Part shown: piece after piece, positions 9,967-18,768 of the stretch
Layout of the letters: every line of letters starts with the position of its first letter
How positions within the stretch are numbered: the stretch's first letter is position 1
DNA from: Candidatus Saccharimonadota bacterium
Lineage (GTDB): Bacteria; Patescibacteriota; Saccharimonadia; Saccharimonadales; Saccharimonadaceae
NCBI GenBank assembly: GCA_017510985.1
Contig: JAFWLR010000001.1
Location: 1,384-65,383, forward strand
DNA: 64,000 nt
Reading direction: 5' to 3'
Notes under the pieces: model-generated
What the model saw: only the letters and a program-made list of their open reading frames with translations
What the model was told of the DNA's origin: nothing
Database searches by the model: none
Position numbers and translations under genes: made by a program

Positions 9967-9977
9967 AATTATTTCCT

Positions 9978-11021
9978 TTATTTTCTCATTAAGCGATTAA
10001 ATTTACGAAGGAGTTTATAGAGGCAATATTGGCCAGGATGGTGGACGAGATCGTAGGTGCCGGAGTAAATCACTTCCCTGCCGGCGAAAGTTTTCTTGAA
10101 ATTGGTAAAACCAGCCCAGGGATGCGTGTCTGGTGCACCCTCAGGGGCAATACCCCAGAAATCAAAGGTAGTCTGATGCTTGGCTTTGGCGTCTAGGATT
10201 AGTTGAATGGTGAGGATGCCCGTGGCATGGAGTTTACGGCCTTCATCATTTTGGGCACCTTGAATATTATAGCGAGTAGAACGAGTATCAAAAACAAGGC
10301 CGGCAGCGATGACTTTGCGCTCGACGGATCCTGTCGCAGGTAATTCGCTGGACGGGTCCTGCTGAACCTTTTCCTCCCCCATTTTACTATCGCTCAATGG
10401 GGGCCCTCCTCCAGGTCTATCATCCGCCCATGTAACATTATCTGGCGCCACCTGATGTTCTACCAAATATAGCGTGGCAAATGGTTGTTTCAACTCAGTC
10501 TTGAGGTAATCTTCCGAAAAGGTATTAATTCCCTTTTCTTTAGCAAGGGATTTTTGTAAGTCTAGGAGGTAGTGGATATCGTCGGGATTGTGGCTGGTAG
10601 TAATGGTGATGCCTTTACTAGTTGCGGCTTTGTAATAGCGAAGAAGACGTGAAGGAAGGCGAGATTTTAAATCCTCTTCCTTCCCTGTTAAATCGAGAAC
10701 CCAGGTTTCCTTGGGATTTAAATCAGTGGATTTGCGGGCGCTATGAGGAAGATGAGTAACAAATTCCAGAGATTGAGGCTCAACCCGAGTAAAAATAGCT
10801 TGGTGTTTCCCTGCTAAATGCTGCAAAGATTTGAGAGCATTTTGATAGCCTGCCTTATCTTCAAAAACTGGACCATAGGGCAAATAGAGATACTTCCCTA
10901 CTGGAGTACTCTTAAGAATAGCTAGATATTGATAACCGCTGCCAGTTTCGTAAAAACTAGTCTCATTCAAATCTTGCTGTAATTTATGCCAAGCCTTAGA
11001 TTGGGTAATCGGAATTTTCAT
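9978..11021 (-). CDS. FemABX-family (lipid II:amino acid transferase) with in-frame insertion
   Basis: YLYLPYGP, FDFWGI, GFTNFKKTF; start revised to MKIPITQ just after TGtTATAAT. Confidence 0.88.
   Translation of the reverse strand: MKIPITQSKAWHKLQQDLNETSFYETGSGYQYLAILKSTPVGKYLYLPYGPVFEDKAGYQNALKSLQHLAGKHQAIFTRVEPQSLEFVTHLPHSARKSTDLNPKETWVLDLTGKEEDLKSRLPSRLLRYYKAATSKGITITTSHNPDDIHYLLDLQKSLAKEKGINTFSEDYLKTELKQPFATLYLVEHQVAPDNVTWADDRPGGGPPLSDSKMGEEKVQQDPSSELPATGSVERKVIAAGLVFDTRSTRYNIQGAQNDEGRKLHATGILTIQLILDAKAKHQTTFDFWGIAPEGAPDTHPWAGFTNFKKTFAGREVIYSGTYDLVHHPGQYCLYKLLRKFNRLMRK
10348..10432. repeat. In-frame palindromic element in FemABX gene
   Basis: CTGGACGGGTCCTGC start shared with 30779-30793; inner stem CCCCCATT/AATGGGGG; encodes part of an atypical ~40 aa loop. 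Confidence 0.75.
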
Positions 11022-11069
11022 TGGACCAATTATAACATATTTTATGGCGATTTTTGGCAAAAAATTTAC

Positions 11070-11353
11070 GCTTTTTCATTTACAGTTTATTCTGTGAGTG
11101 TTGGGGTCAAAAATCTAACAAGTCCGCTTATGTATTTTATTGACAGCACAAGCATTTTCATGGTAAAACCATAATTTACCGTTCTAGGTGATTCCCTGTC
11201 GGTTTAAACTATTAGATTGGAGTTTTAGCTTTTAACGCTTCTTCGTTATCTTAATATGCTGGGATGCTAAAACTACTCTTCGTACTCCCAACTGCGGCAG
11301 CAGATACCGCGAGTTGTTACCCTCATTTTAGCGCAGGCGGAGTGGTTTGTCAA
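11070..11353 (-). ncRNA. Candidate structured ncRNA with consensus sigma70 promoter
   Basis: TTGACA (11353-11348), 17 bp, TAAAAT (11330-11325); hairpin 11289-11316; stem 11221-11229/11266-11274; no convincing ORF. Confidence 0.4.
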
Positions 11354-11467
11354 GAGCGGTTGCCAGCCATGGAGGTTGCTAGTACAACGGGGAAATAGAA
11401 ATCAAAATGTCTATGGTTTTTGTGGAAAAACATGAGGATTAGTTGTGTAAAATGCTATAATTAGATT

Positions 11468-11677
11468 ATGGCTTATATACGGAAATTCAAGACCACTTCT
11501 GGTGCGACTGGTGTACAAGTGTGCTATAAGAGCGGGGAAAGAGTAGTAAAAACCGTGCATGTGGGGTCGGCGAATTCGGATAAAGCACTAGAGAAATTAT
11601 TAAGAAAAGCACAAGGAATAATAGATGGGGATAAGACGCCACTATTTGATTTAAATAAATTTAACAAGAAAGGCTAA
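11468..11677 (+). mobile_element. IS1634-family transposase N-terminal fragment
   Basis: MAYIRKFKTTSGATGVQV...HVGSA resembles IS1634-type transposase N-termini; no DDE domain follows. Confidence 0.6.
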
Positions 11678-11678
11678 A

Positions 11679-13046
11679 ATGCAAATAAAAGAGGATAATA
11701 AAGTGCCTTTAGCTAGATATGGTAAAAAAAGAGACAAACAACGGAGGCAATTTACTGGGAGGGGGCAAATGGAAGCGCTAATTGGGAAGAAGAAAAACCA
11801 AGTGAAGCGGCGGGTGGAGTTCCTGAAAGAAGAAGGTTGGGATAAAGTGTGGGACAAGCGGACTTTGATCTTTGTAGCAATTACTGAGATGGAGTACGCA
11901 GAGAATTTTGACAAAGGATTAGAAGTGACGAACGCGGATATTTTGGAAACGATGGTAAACTGGGGAATTACAAAAATGGCGTGGCTGGGGAATTTCCCGA
12001 CCGAAGACAAAAAGGGAAATATAACAAAACCGTTCCTAGCTTACGCGGAGTCGGCGAGAGAATTTGACGATAAACGACACCGAATTGATACAGTAGTGAC
12101 AATAAAGCTGAGCGAAGAAATGCAGCAGAGATTTCCGAATATACCAGATGGGGAAATTGTGATGGGATTAGATGTGACAACCTGGAAAAAGGATTTTAAT
12201 GCGCCGACTAAAGAGATAGCAAATGCAGGAGAGCTGGAACATTTTGCCGAGAAAATTTCGCGCTCTAATAACGACGGGATGACCTATCAGGGAAATATAC
12301 CATTTGGCTTTTCGCAGGTGGATTTTTATATTAATCCGTGGAAACTAAACCAGGATGGGCGAAGGGAAAAGGGGTACCGAGAGATGGTGCCAAGATTTGT
12401 AGTAGGGGTGGACAATAAAATTGCAGGGGCACTAATGCGGGATGATTTTGTAGTGAATAAAAAGACTAAGCAAATTGAGCTAAAGGATGAGGATACGATT
12501 AGAGAAAATGCGCGGACGGCGATGACGGGGTTTAAGATGATGAGCGAGATAAAGGCGCAGGCGGAACTTTTGATTCAGATGATGCCAGATGATTGGAAAG
12601 AAAGCCCAGAATGTGTGTTGGCCAGAGATGAGCTAGTGGTGATTAAGGAAAAAATGCGGGCAGGGTTAAGGCGTAATGTACGACGGGTGGTGGAATTAAT
12701 GGATGAACAAGGAATTTTGCCGTATGATATGGCGAAACAGCTCAACGGGGCGAGTTATGCGCAAGCAATCAACATGCTAGAGAGGTTATTTAAAGATGAA
12801 AAACGGAGGAGCGAAGACAAAAAGGCAGAGGTAATTTATGACCCAACTTATGCAGGAATTATGCGGGCAACGATGAGCTTTAAACAGTGTGCAGCCAACC
12901 CCAAAAGTGAGCTGCTGAGACGGCTAAAACCGAGAGGAAAAGCGGTGGAGTGGTTACATGGGAGCGTGCACCCCTTGAGGCATGAAAGAGAAGAATTGGG
13001 GGATAGCAAGGGAAATATTGAAGAGGAAAAACCGAAGGAAAGTTAA
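11679..13046 (+). CDS. Hypothetical protein
   Basis: 455 aa ORF, no recognisable motif. Confidence 0.7.
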   Translation: MQIKEDNKVPLARYGKKRDKQRRQFTGRGQMEALIGKKKNQVKRRVEFLKEEGWDKVWDKRTLIFVAITEMEYAENFDKGLEVTNADILETMVNWGITKMAWLGNFPTEDKKGNITKPFLAYAESAREFDDKRHRIDTVVTIKLSEEMQQRFPNIPDGEIVMGLDVTTWKKDFNAPTKEIANAGELEHFAEKISRSNNDGMTYQGNIPFGFSQVDFYINPWKLNQDGRREKGYREMVPRFVVGVDNKIAGALMRDDFVVNKKTKQIELKDEDTIRENARTAMTGFKMMSEIKAQAELLIQMMPDDWKESPECVLARDELVVIKEKMRAGLRRNVRRVVELMDEQGILPYDMAKQLNGASYAQAINMLERLFKDEKRRSEDKKAEVIYDPTYAGIMRATMSFKQCAANPKSELLRRLKPRGKAVEWLHGSVHPLRHEREELGDSKGNIEEEKPKES

Positions 13047-15886
13047 ATAATTTCAAGTTGAGTTTTGAGGCGAGAGATGAGGGCTTGTTTTTCCTCTATC
13101 TGGTCTTTGGTTTCTTTGACGAGGTGTTCAGGGGCTTTTTCTATATAATTGGGGTTAGTCATACGAAGATTAAGGGCGTCTAACTCGCGACCAACAGAGA
13201 GGATTTTATCGGTGAGAGAATCTTTATAGGCCTTGACGACCTGCTCGGGAACGTCGAGATAGAGCTCGTGATTAGCAAGGGCTAGGCGGAGGCCTCTGGG
13301 GGAGCCATTGAGGCTGTTAATGGCGGGGACTTTGGTGAGTTGCTTAATGAGTAGCTCGTGCTGATTGACTAGGCCATCGTTGTCGTAAAGGAGGTTGTAC
13401 TTTTTGTCGTTATTAGTACCTGGCAGGGCCTGTAAGGTACTTCTGATCTCAACCACGATAGTTCTTATGGTTTCGAACTGTTCGGCCGTAATAGGGTCAA
13501 ATTTAAGCTTCTCAGGCCATTTCTCGGTGGCGATGAAGCCGTCGGTCCAGGATAAGTTCTGCCAGATGGCCTCAGTCACAAAGGGAGCAAAGGGGTGGAG
13601 AGCAATGAGGAGGGTTTCGAGAGTTTGTTTCAAGAGATCAACATTCTGGTAGAGTTTTTGACTCTCGAGGAACCAATCGGCGTATTTATCCCAGATGGTT
13701 TGATATAAGACTTCGACGGCTTCGGCGAAGCGGTAGTTTTGCATATCTTGCTCTAACTGTTCTAAACAGTCGTTAATTTCGCGGCAGATCCAGTCTTCGC
13801 CCATGTTGTTAGTGGTGGCACAAAAAGCGCGCGTCTCGGGAGCTTCGCGAAGTGATAATCTATTGATTATATCACTTCGCTCCGCCCCTTCGGCGGCAAA
13901 ATCTGAGATTTTGTCTTTATGTCCCTCAATCGCTGCGCTTTTTGTACCATCAGCATCATCCACGATAGATTGGACGAGGCGAGAGATGTTCCAGAGTTTA
14001 TTACAGAGGTTACGACCGGAAATAACGGAGTTTTCGTTGAAAGCTTGGTTCATACCGGCGGAGCGACCCCTTAAGATGCCAAGACGGAAGGCGTCGCTGC
14101 CGTATTTGGCTACGAGATCCATAGGATTAATGACGTTGCCTTTGGATTTGCTCATCTTCTTACCGTGAGCGTCAAGGACGAGGCCGTGAAGATAGACTTC
14201 TTGAAACGGAACTTCGCCGGTGACGTAGAGACCCATCATGATCATCCGGGCGACCCAGGCAAAGAGGATATCAGCGCCGGTTTCCATAACGTTTAATGGG
14301 TAGTAGGGGTTGTAATTATCCTCGGTCCAATCAGTACAAACGATAGGCCAGTGAGAACTTGAAAACCAGGTATCAAAAGTATCTTCGTCACGAACATATT
14401 TGACACCGGCTTTTTCAATCTCGGTGAGATTGGTGCGACGATCAAAAATCCAATCAGGCTCGTCGGTAGCTTCGGGAGTGATTTTTTTGAACATAGGAAT
14501 AGCAATGCCCCAAGGGATTTGACGGGAAATGTTCCAGTCTTTGAGATTTTTGAGGTAGTCGATTAAAACTTTTTGCTTGTTTTCGGGGTAGAATTTGATT
14601 TCGCCGTTCTCGAGATGCTCGATAGCGACTTTGGCGAGTTTCTGGACGTCGATAAACCATTGCTCTTTGAGCATAGGTTCGAGAACAGTGCCACATTTGT
14701 AACAATGAGCGACGGAGTGTTCGATTTTCTTTTCACTCTTTAAAAGACCTTGTTCTTTCAAATCTTTTAAGACTTGCTTGCGACATTCGGTAGTAGTGAG
14801 ACCGTTGTATTTCTCGGGGACATTAATCATAGTGCCATCTTCAGCGATAACCTGGATACGAGGAAGATTATGGCGCTCGCCAACTTCGAAATCGTCGTAG
14901 TCGTGAGCGGGGGTAATCTTGACTGCGCCGGTGCCATATTCGGGGTCGGCGTGTTCATCGGCAATGATAGGGATAGTTCTATCTGTCAAAGGTAATTTAA
15001 CGTGTTTACCGATTAGATCTTTGTAGCGTTTATCATCAGGGTTAACGGCAACAGCAGTATCGCCGAAAAGAGTTTCGGGACGAGTGGTGGAAACTATTAG
15101 AGAATCCAGAGATACATCTTTCTCGGAACGCTCCCTCGCTCCCGTCGTTACGGGGCTTGGTCGCTCCGTATTTGACCCGTCGTCAAATATGCTCCTCGGA
15201 AGAGCACCTTCTGGATTCTCTGTTATTTTATATTCAATATCCCAGAGAGTACCTTTTTCGTCCTTATGTTCGACTTCGATATCAGCGAAAGCAGTGCGAT
15301 GTTTGGGGCAGAAGTTGACAAGTTTTTCGCCACGGTAAATGAGGCCATCGTTCCACATTTTCTCGAAAGTAGTATAGACACGGTCGATGACGTTTTCATC
15401 TAGAGTGAAAGTGAGGTCGCTCCAAGCGCAGGAGGCACCAAGGGCGCGGAGTTGAAGCTCCATATTGCCACGCTGCTGTGCTACGAAATCCCAAACTTTA
15501 GCGTAAAGCTCGTCTCTAGAATATTCGAAGCGGGTGTGACCATGCTTTTCGAGCTCTTTTTCGTAGACGACCCAAGTTTCAAAGCCGGCGTGGTCGGCGC
15601 CAGGGATATACCAAGTAGATTTACCCCTCAGCCTATAGTAACGAGTGAGGGAATCTTCTAGAGCTACCGTGAGGCCGTGACCGATATGAAGATTACCGTT
15701 GGCGTTGGGAGGTGGCATAACGATAGAGTAGGTAGAGCAAGATTTTTCTAGCCGGTCGTCTATTCCGTCGGCATCGGCGTCAACAGGATAGGTAGGGACG
15801 GATGGACTGAAGATGCCGCTGGCTTCCCAAGCAGCGTAAATATCTGATTCATAATCCCCCGGTTCGTAACTTTTGGCAAATTTCAT
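13043..15886 (-). CDS. valS: Valine--tRNA ligase
   Basis: PPPNANGNLHIGH, DWNISRQIPWG, KMSKS, C-terminal coiled coil; two atypical insertions. Confidence 0.97.
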   Translation of the reverse strand: MKFAKSYEPGDYESDIYAAWEASGIFSPSVPTYPVDADADGIDDRLEKSCSTYSIVMPPPNANGNLHIGHGLTVALEDSLTRYYRLRGKSTWYIPGADHAGFETWVVYEKELEKHGHTRFEYSRDELYAKVWDFVAQQRGNMELQLRALGASCAWSDLTFTLDENVIDRVYTTFEKMWNDGLIYRGEKLVNFCPKHRTAFADIEVEHKDEKGTLWDIEYKITENPEGALPRSIFDDGSNTERPSPVTTGARERSEKDVSLDSLIVSTTRPETLFGDTAVAVNPDDKRYKDLIGKHVKLPLTDRTIPIIADEHADPEYGTGAVKITPAHDYDDFEVGERHNLPRIQVIAEDGTMINVPEKYNGLTTTECRKQVLKDLKEQGLLKSEKKIEHSVAHCYKCGTVLEPMLKEQWFIDVQKLAKVAIEHLENGEIKFYPENKQKVLIDYLKNLKDWNISRQIPWGIAIPMFKKITPEATDEPDWIFDRRTNLTEIEKAGVKYVRDEDTFDTWFSSSHWPIVCTDWTEDNYNPYYPLNVMETGADILFAWVARMIMMGLYVTGEVPFQEVYLHGLVLDAHGKKMSKSKGNVINPMDLVAKYGSDAFRLGILRGRSAGMNQAFNENSVISGRNLCNKLWNISRLVQSIVDDADGTKSAAIEGHKDKISDFAAEGAERSDIINRLSLREAPETRAFCATTNNMGEDWICREINDCLEQLEQDMQNYRFAEAVEVLYQTIWDKYADWFLESQKLYQNVDLLKQTLETLLIALHPFAPFVTEAIWQNLSWTDGFIATEKWPEKLKFDPITAEQFETIRTIVVEIRSTLQALPGTNNDKKYNLLYDNDGLVNQHELLIKQLTKVPAINSLNGSPRGLRLALANHELYLDVPEQVVKAYKDSLTDKILSVGRELDALNLRMTNPNYIEKAPEHLVKETKDQIEEKQALISRLKTQLEII
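13813..13952. repeat. In-frame palindromic element in valS (anticodon-binding region)
   Basis: GGCACAAAAAGCGC (13817-13830) / GCGCTTTTTGTACC (13935-13948); inner stems GCGAAGTGATA/TATCACTTCGC, CCGCC/GGCGG, CAAAATCT/AGATTTTG. Confidence 0.85.
15099..15221. repeat. In-frame palindromic element in valS (editing domain region)
   Basis: Perfect 12-bp IR AGAGAATCCAGA/TCTGGATTCTCT; inner CCCGT/ACGGG, TATTTGAC/GTCAAATA, TGCTC/GAGCA; core similar to 1705-1839. Confidence 0.88.
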
Positions 15887-16045
15887 AGTTTTATTTTAGC
15901 ACAAATTGAAGAGGAGGGAAAGAGTGGCTCGAAGAAACTCTTTTGTGGTTACTTACTATATTATTTTAATAAAATGTGGTATAATAATGGGGTAGGTTTG
16001 TTTTTTGGTTTGTTAAAACCGGACCGTGAGAGAATGGAGGCAAAC

Positions 16046-16327
16046 ATGATTGAGTACTACTCGACGGTCAAAGAAGACGGCATAGGAAAGGCCATGGCAA
16101 CAGCGCGGGAGCTGGAGGAACGTGGATATGAAGTACTCGATATCCACGAAGGGATGATACCGCGGGGCGAAAATGCGGATGGGAAAGTTTACTACGTTCC
16201 CGGGTATCAGATCGTGGCCGAGAGTGGCTCATCGCCACATTATAGGGGTTACCTGTACAATAAGATGAGGTCTGAGCAATCAAATGGTGGTGCCGTTTCG
16301 GGGTTGGATGCGTCTTGGCTCTGGTAG
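16046..16327 (+). CDS. Hypothetical protein
   Basis: GGAGG-caaac-ATG at 16046; ORF with downstream hairpin. Confidence 0.6.
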   Translation: MIEYYSTVKEDGIGKAMATARELEERGYEVLDIHEGMIPRGENADGKVYYVPGYQIVAESGSSPHYRGYLYNKMRSEQSNGGAVSGLDASWLW

Positions 16328-16400
16328 CTCCTAAACAAACTCTGTACTTTAGGCTAAGGCCCGTCACTTGTTGGCGGGTCTGCTTAATTGTGGGGGTTGA

Positions 16401-16778
16401 TTATTCTAATTTTAGCTTTTCTTGGATGGCTTTGAATTCATCCTCAGTCATCTCGAGCTCGCGGCCGTGGAACCAAGTTTCGTCGTAGGGTTCAAGATGG
16501 ACATGAGCGTGAGGGACGTCAGTGCCGACAACCTTCCAGAGAGTACGAACGCCTAATTGTTTTTCGAGATGTTTAGATAGTTTTTTGACGGTTTGCATTA
16601 GAGCATTATAATCTTCGTCCTCGAGGTCGTAAATTTTGTCGACCTCTTTCTTGGGTATCACTAAGATATGGCCCTTAGTTTCGGGGTGGATATCGAGGAA
16701 GGCGAGGGTTTTATCGTCTTCGTAGATTTTGTAAGCTGGGACGTCTCCGTTGATAATTTGAGTAAAAATGCTAGGCAT
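16401..16778 (-). CDS. HIT family nucleotide hydrolase
   Basis: SIFTQII, AFLDIHP, GHILVIPK, HAHVH triad. Confidence 0.92.
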   Translation of the reverse strand: MPSIFTQIINGDVPAYKIYEDDKTLAFLDIHPETKGHILVIPKKEVDKIYDLEDEDYNALMQTVKKLSKHLEKQLGVRTLWKVVGTDVPHAHVHLEPYDETWFHGRELEMTEDEFKAIQEKLKLE

Positions 16779-17250
16779 GGTGTTTTCTCCTAATGATTAA
16801 ATAATAAATAACAGCAAAAATGAGGGCAAAAATGAGGGCGCCGACAACGTCGGAAACCCAGTGCATATCGGCAAAAACGCGACCGACGCAAGTAATAATA
16901 ATGAGGGTAAGCATAATAGCATAAAAGATGGTGAGGATAAAATCGGATTTGATATATCTGGGGAGGATGAGGGCGGCGAGAGCAAAAATGGTGGCAACGA
17001 CCATGACGTGAGTAGAAGGGAAGGAAGGCTCACCGGAGCCGTTAGGGCGGGTATTCAAAATGAGGAACTTATCAAAGATAAAGTAAGTGGCGGCCATAAG
17101 AGCAAGGGGGAGTGGCATCCAGAGGAGCTCTTTATCTACCTTTTTAAGAGACTTGCGTTTAATCCATTGGCAGAAACCAAGAATGACAAAAACGGCGAGG
17201 ACGGCAAAGGAGGTAATGAGGATAATGTTGGTGATTAAGTTCCAGTCCAT
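16771..17250 (-). CDS. PAP2-family membrane phosphatase
   Basis: TRP, SFPSTH, GRVFADMHWVSDV motifs with TM helices. Confidence 0.88.
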   Translation of the reverse strand: MDWNLITNIILITSFAVLAVFVILGFCQWIKRKSLKKVDKELLWMPLPLALMAATYFIFDKFLILNTRPNGSGEPSFPSTHVMVVATIFALAALILPRYIKSDFILTIFYAIMLTLIIITCVGRVFADMHWVSDVVGALIFALIFAVIYYLIIRRKHHA

Positions 17251-17357
17251 AGTTTTATTATAACATATTCGTTTTTGATTTGGGGTGGAATTTGGTATAA
17301 TAGAGAGCAGTAAGTTTGTGTGGGTGAAGTTAGGTACCTTACGAAAGGGGTGTAATT

Positions 17358-18245
17358 ATGGCATGCGATTTTAAGCTGGAGCACGGAAATGGCGAGTGGG
17401 TTTTAGGGGGTCTGTGGTCGAATCGTTGGCGTGATGGTTGGCTGAGAATCTACGATAGAGAATGGCCGCTGTTGGGGAAACGTAATTACGAGGCAATCCT
17501 GATGAATCAAAAGTGCTGGCGGCAAAAGGTTGAGCACAAGAGAAATGAAGTGCAAGGCCTGCTCGATGCACTGGGCAGAATCCGGAAGGTAGAGGTAGAT
17601 AACCCTGGAATAATGCAGGATATAGCGGAAATTCTGGCTTATGCCGGCGAAGAACCTATGGGAGGTTTTAGACAGTTATGGAAGGCTATAGAGGAAGAAA
17701 AACCTAATTTGGGCACGAAAGTACCGCACGCTTCAACCAAAACTATTTTTAAGGGGTGGTCTGGTCCGACTGGGCTTAGTCTTAGGGAATGGCTGAACCT
17801 TTGTATCGATGAGCTGTCTGAGCTGGATTACATAATAGGAAAGCTGGAGTCGTTGGGCGAGAAGTTTTTCGACACATACCTGTCTGAAGAACCGCCACTA
17901 TTGCCGTTTCTCCGCGGCAAACAAATGTTTGAGAAAGGGGCTGCGGTAAGGGCATGGCTAGACGAAGATCCTGACGGTATTCAGCAACTAAAATCTAACC
18001 AGTACTATCCGTATCTAACCAAGGTGATAGAATGGCGTGACGATGAAAATGTGATATTAGAGTCTCGCTATACTGCGGATTGGATAGACATCTATAGCTC
18101 TCGGATTATGCTCGAGACAGAGTATGAGTACTATCTGGATCACGCCGCTTACCGCAATTTCTTAATTGAGAAAATGTGTAACTATGGCGTCTTTCGTGAG
18201 AGGTTGAAGGATGTTGACCGTATAGACACCGAAAAAAAATACTAG
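17358..18245 (+). CDS. Hypothetical protein
   Basis: 295 aa ORF with own promoter, purine-rich RBS and terminator. Confidence 0.7.
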   Translation: MACDFKLEHGNGEWVLGGLWSNRWRDGWLRIYDREWPLLGKRNYEAILMNQKCWRQKVEHKRNEVQGLLDALGRIRKVEVDNPGIMQDIAEILAYAGEEPMGGFRQLWKAIEEEKPNLGTKVPHASTKTIFKGWSGPTGLSLREWLNLCIDELSELDYIIGKLESLGEKFFDTYLSEEPPLLPFLRGKQMFEKGAAVRAWLDEDPDGIQQLKSNQYYPYLTKVIEWRDDENVILESRYTADWIDIYSSRIMLETEYEYYLDHAAYRNFLIEKMCNYGVFRERLKDVDRIDTEKKY

Positions 18246-18280
18246 CACGTTAGCTAGTCTTGAACGACTGGCAACAATCA

Positions 18281-18307
18281 GCCTCCGGCGTTTGCCGGGG
18301 GCTTTTT
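18281..18307 (+). terminator. Rho-independent terminator
   Basis: GCCTCCGGC-gttt-GCCGGGGGC then TTTTT. Confidence 0.75.
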
Positions 18308-18309
18308 AT

Positions 18310-18486
18310 TGGTATGCCCGGTAGGATTAGACTTTTTACTTCGTAAAAAGTCTTCCGTTCCTCGTGGCTCGAAAGAAAATAAGCAAGCTTATTTTCTTTG
18401 CTCGCTCACTCGTCCGGTTGAACCTACGGTCCAAATCTGCTGAATATACCAAATAAAATAAAGACCCAAAGGGTCTTAATTTTATT
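18310..18486. repeat. tRNA-Arg 3'-end duplication with intervening hairpin element
   Basis: TGGTATGCCCGGTAGGATT at 18310-18328 repeats 18487-18505; three hairpins between. Confidence 0.8.
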
Positions 18487-18563
18487 TGGTATGCCCGGTA
18501 GGATTTGAACCTGCGACCTTTTGCTCCGCAAGCAAACGCTCTATCCAGCTGAGCTACGGGCAC
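18487..18563 (-). tRNA. tRNA-Arg(GCG)
   Basis: 77 nt cloverleaf, anticodon arm TTTGC-TT GCG GA-GCAAA, GGTTCAAATCC, CCA end. Confidence 0.95.
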
Positions 18564-18768
18564 AAGTGTGGATGTGTTGATAATTATAAAATTGTCTCGA
18601 CATCCACCTAGAAATTAAATGAGCATCACCGTGCTGGTGACGGTACTATTATAACATATTTTGGAAAAAATGTATTGATTTTGGAAACGGGGTGGAGTAC
18701 TATAATATTTTGAAAAAAATATTGGGGGGTGACGAGCCGGGGGTCAGTGGAGGCGGCGGGGCTGGGGG

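Noticed and set aside
15725-15815. N-terminal extra peptide in ValS (DADADGIDD)
   Set aside because: No clear inverted repeat, so not counted among the palindromic elements.
18336-18563. ORFs overlapping tRNA genes (also 21629-22315, 21952-22269, 28977-29177)
   Set aside because: Explained by the tRNAs; spurious translations.
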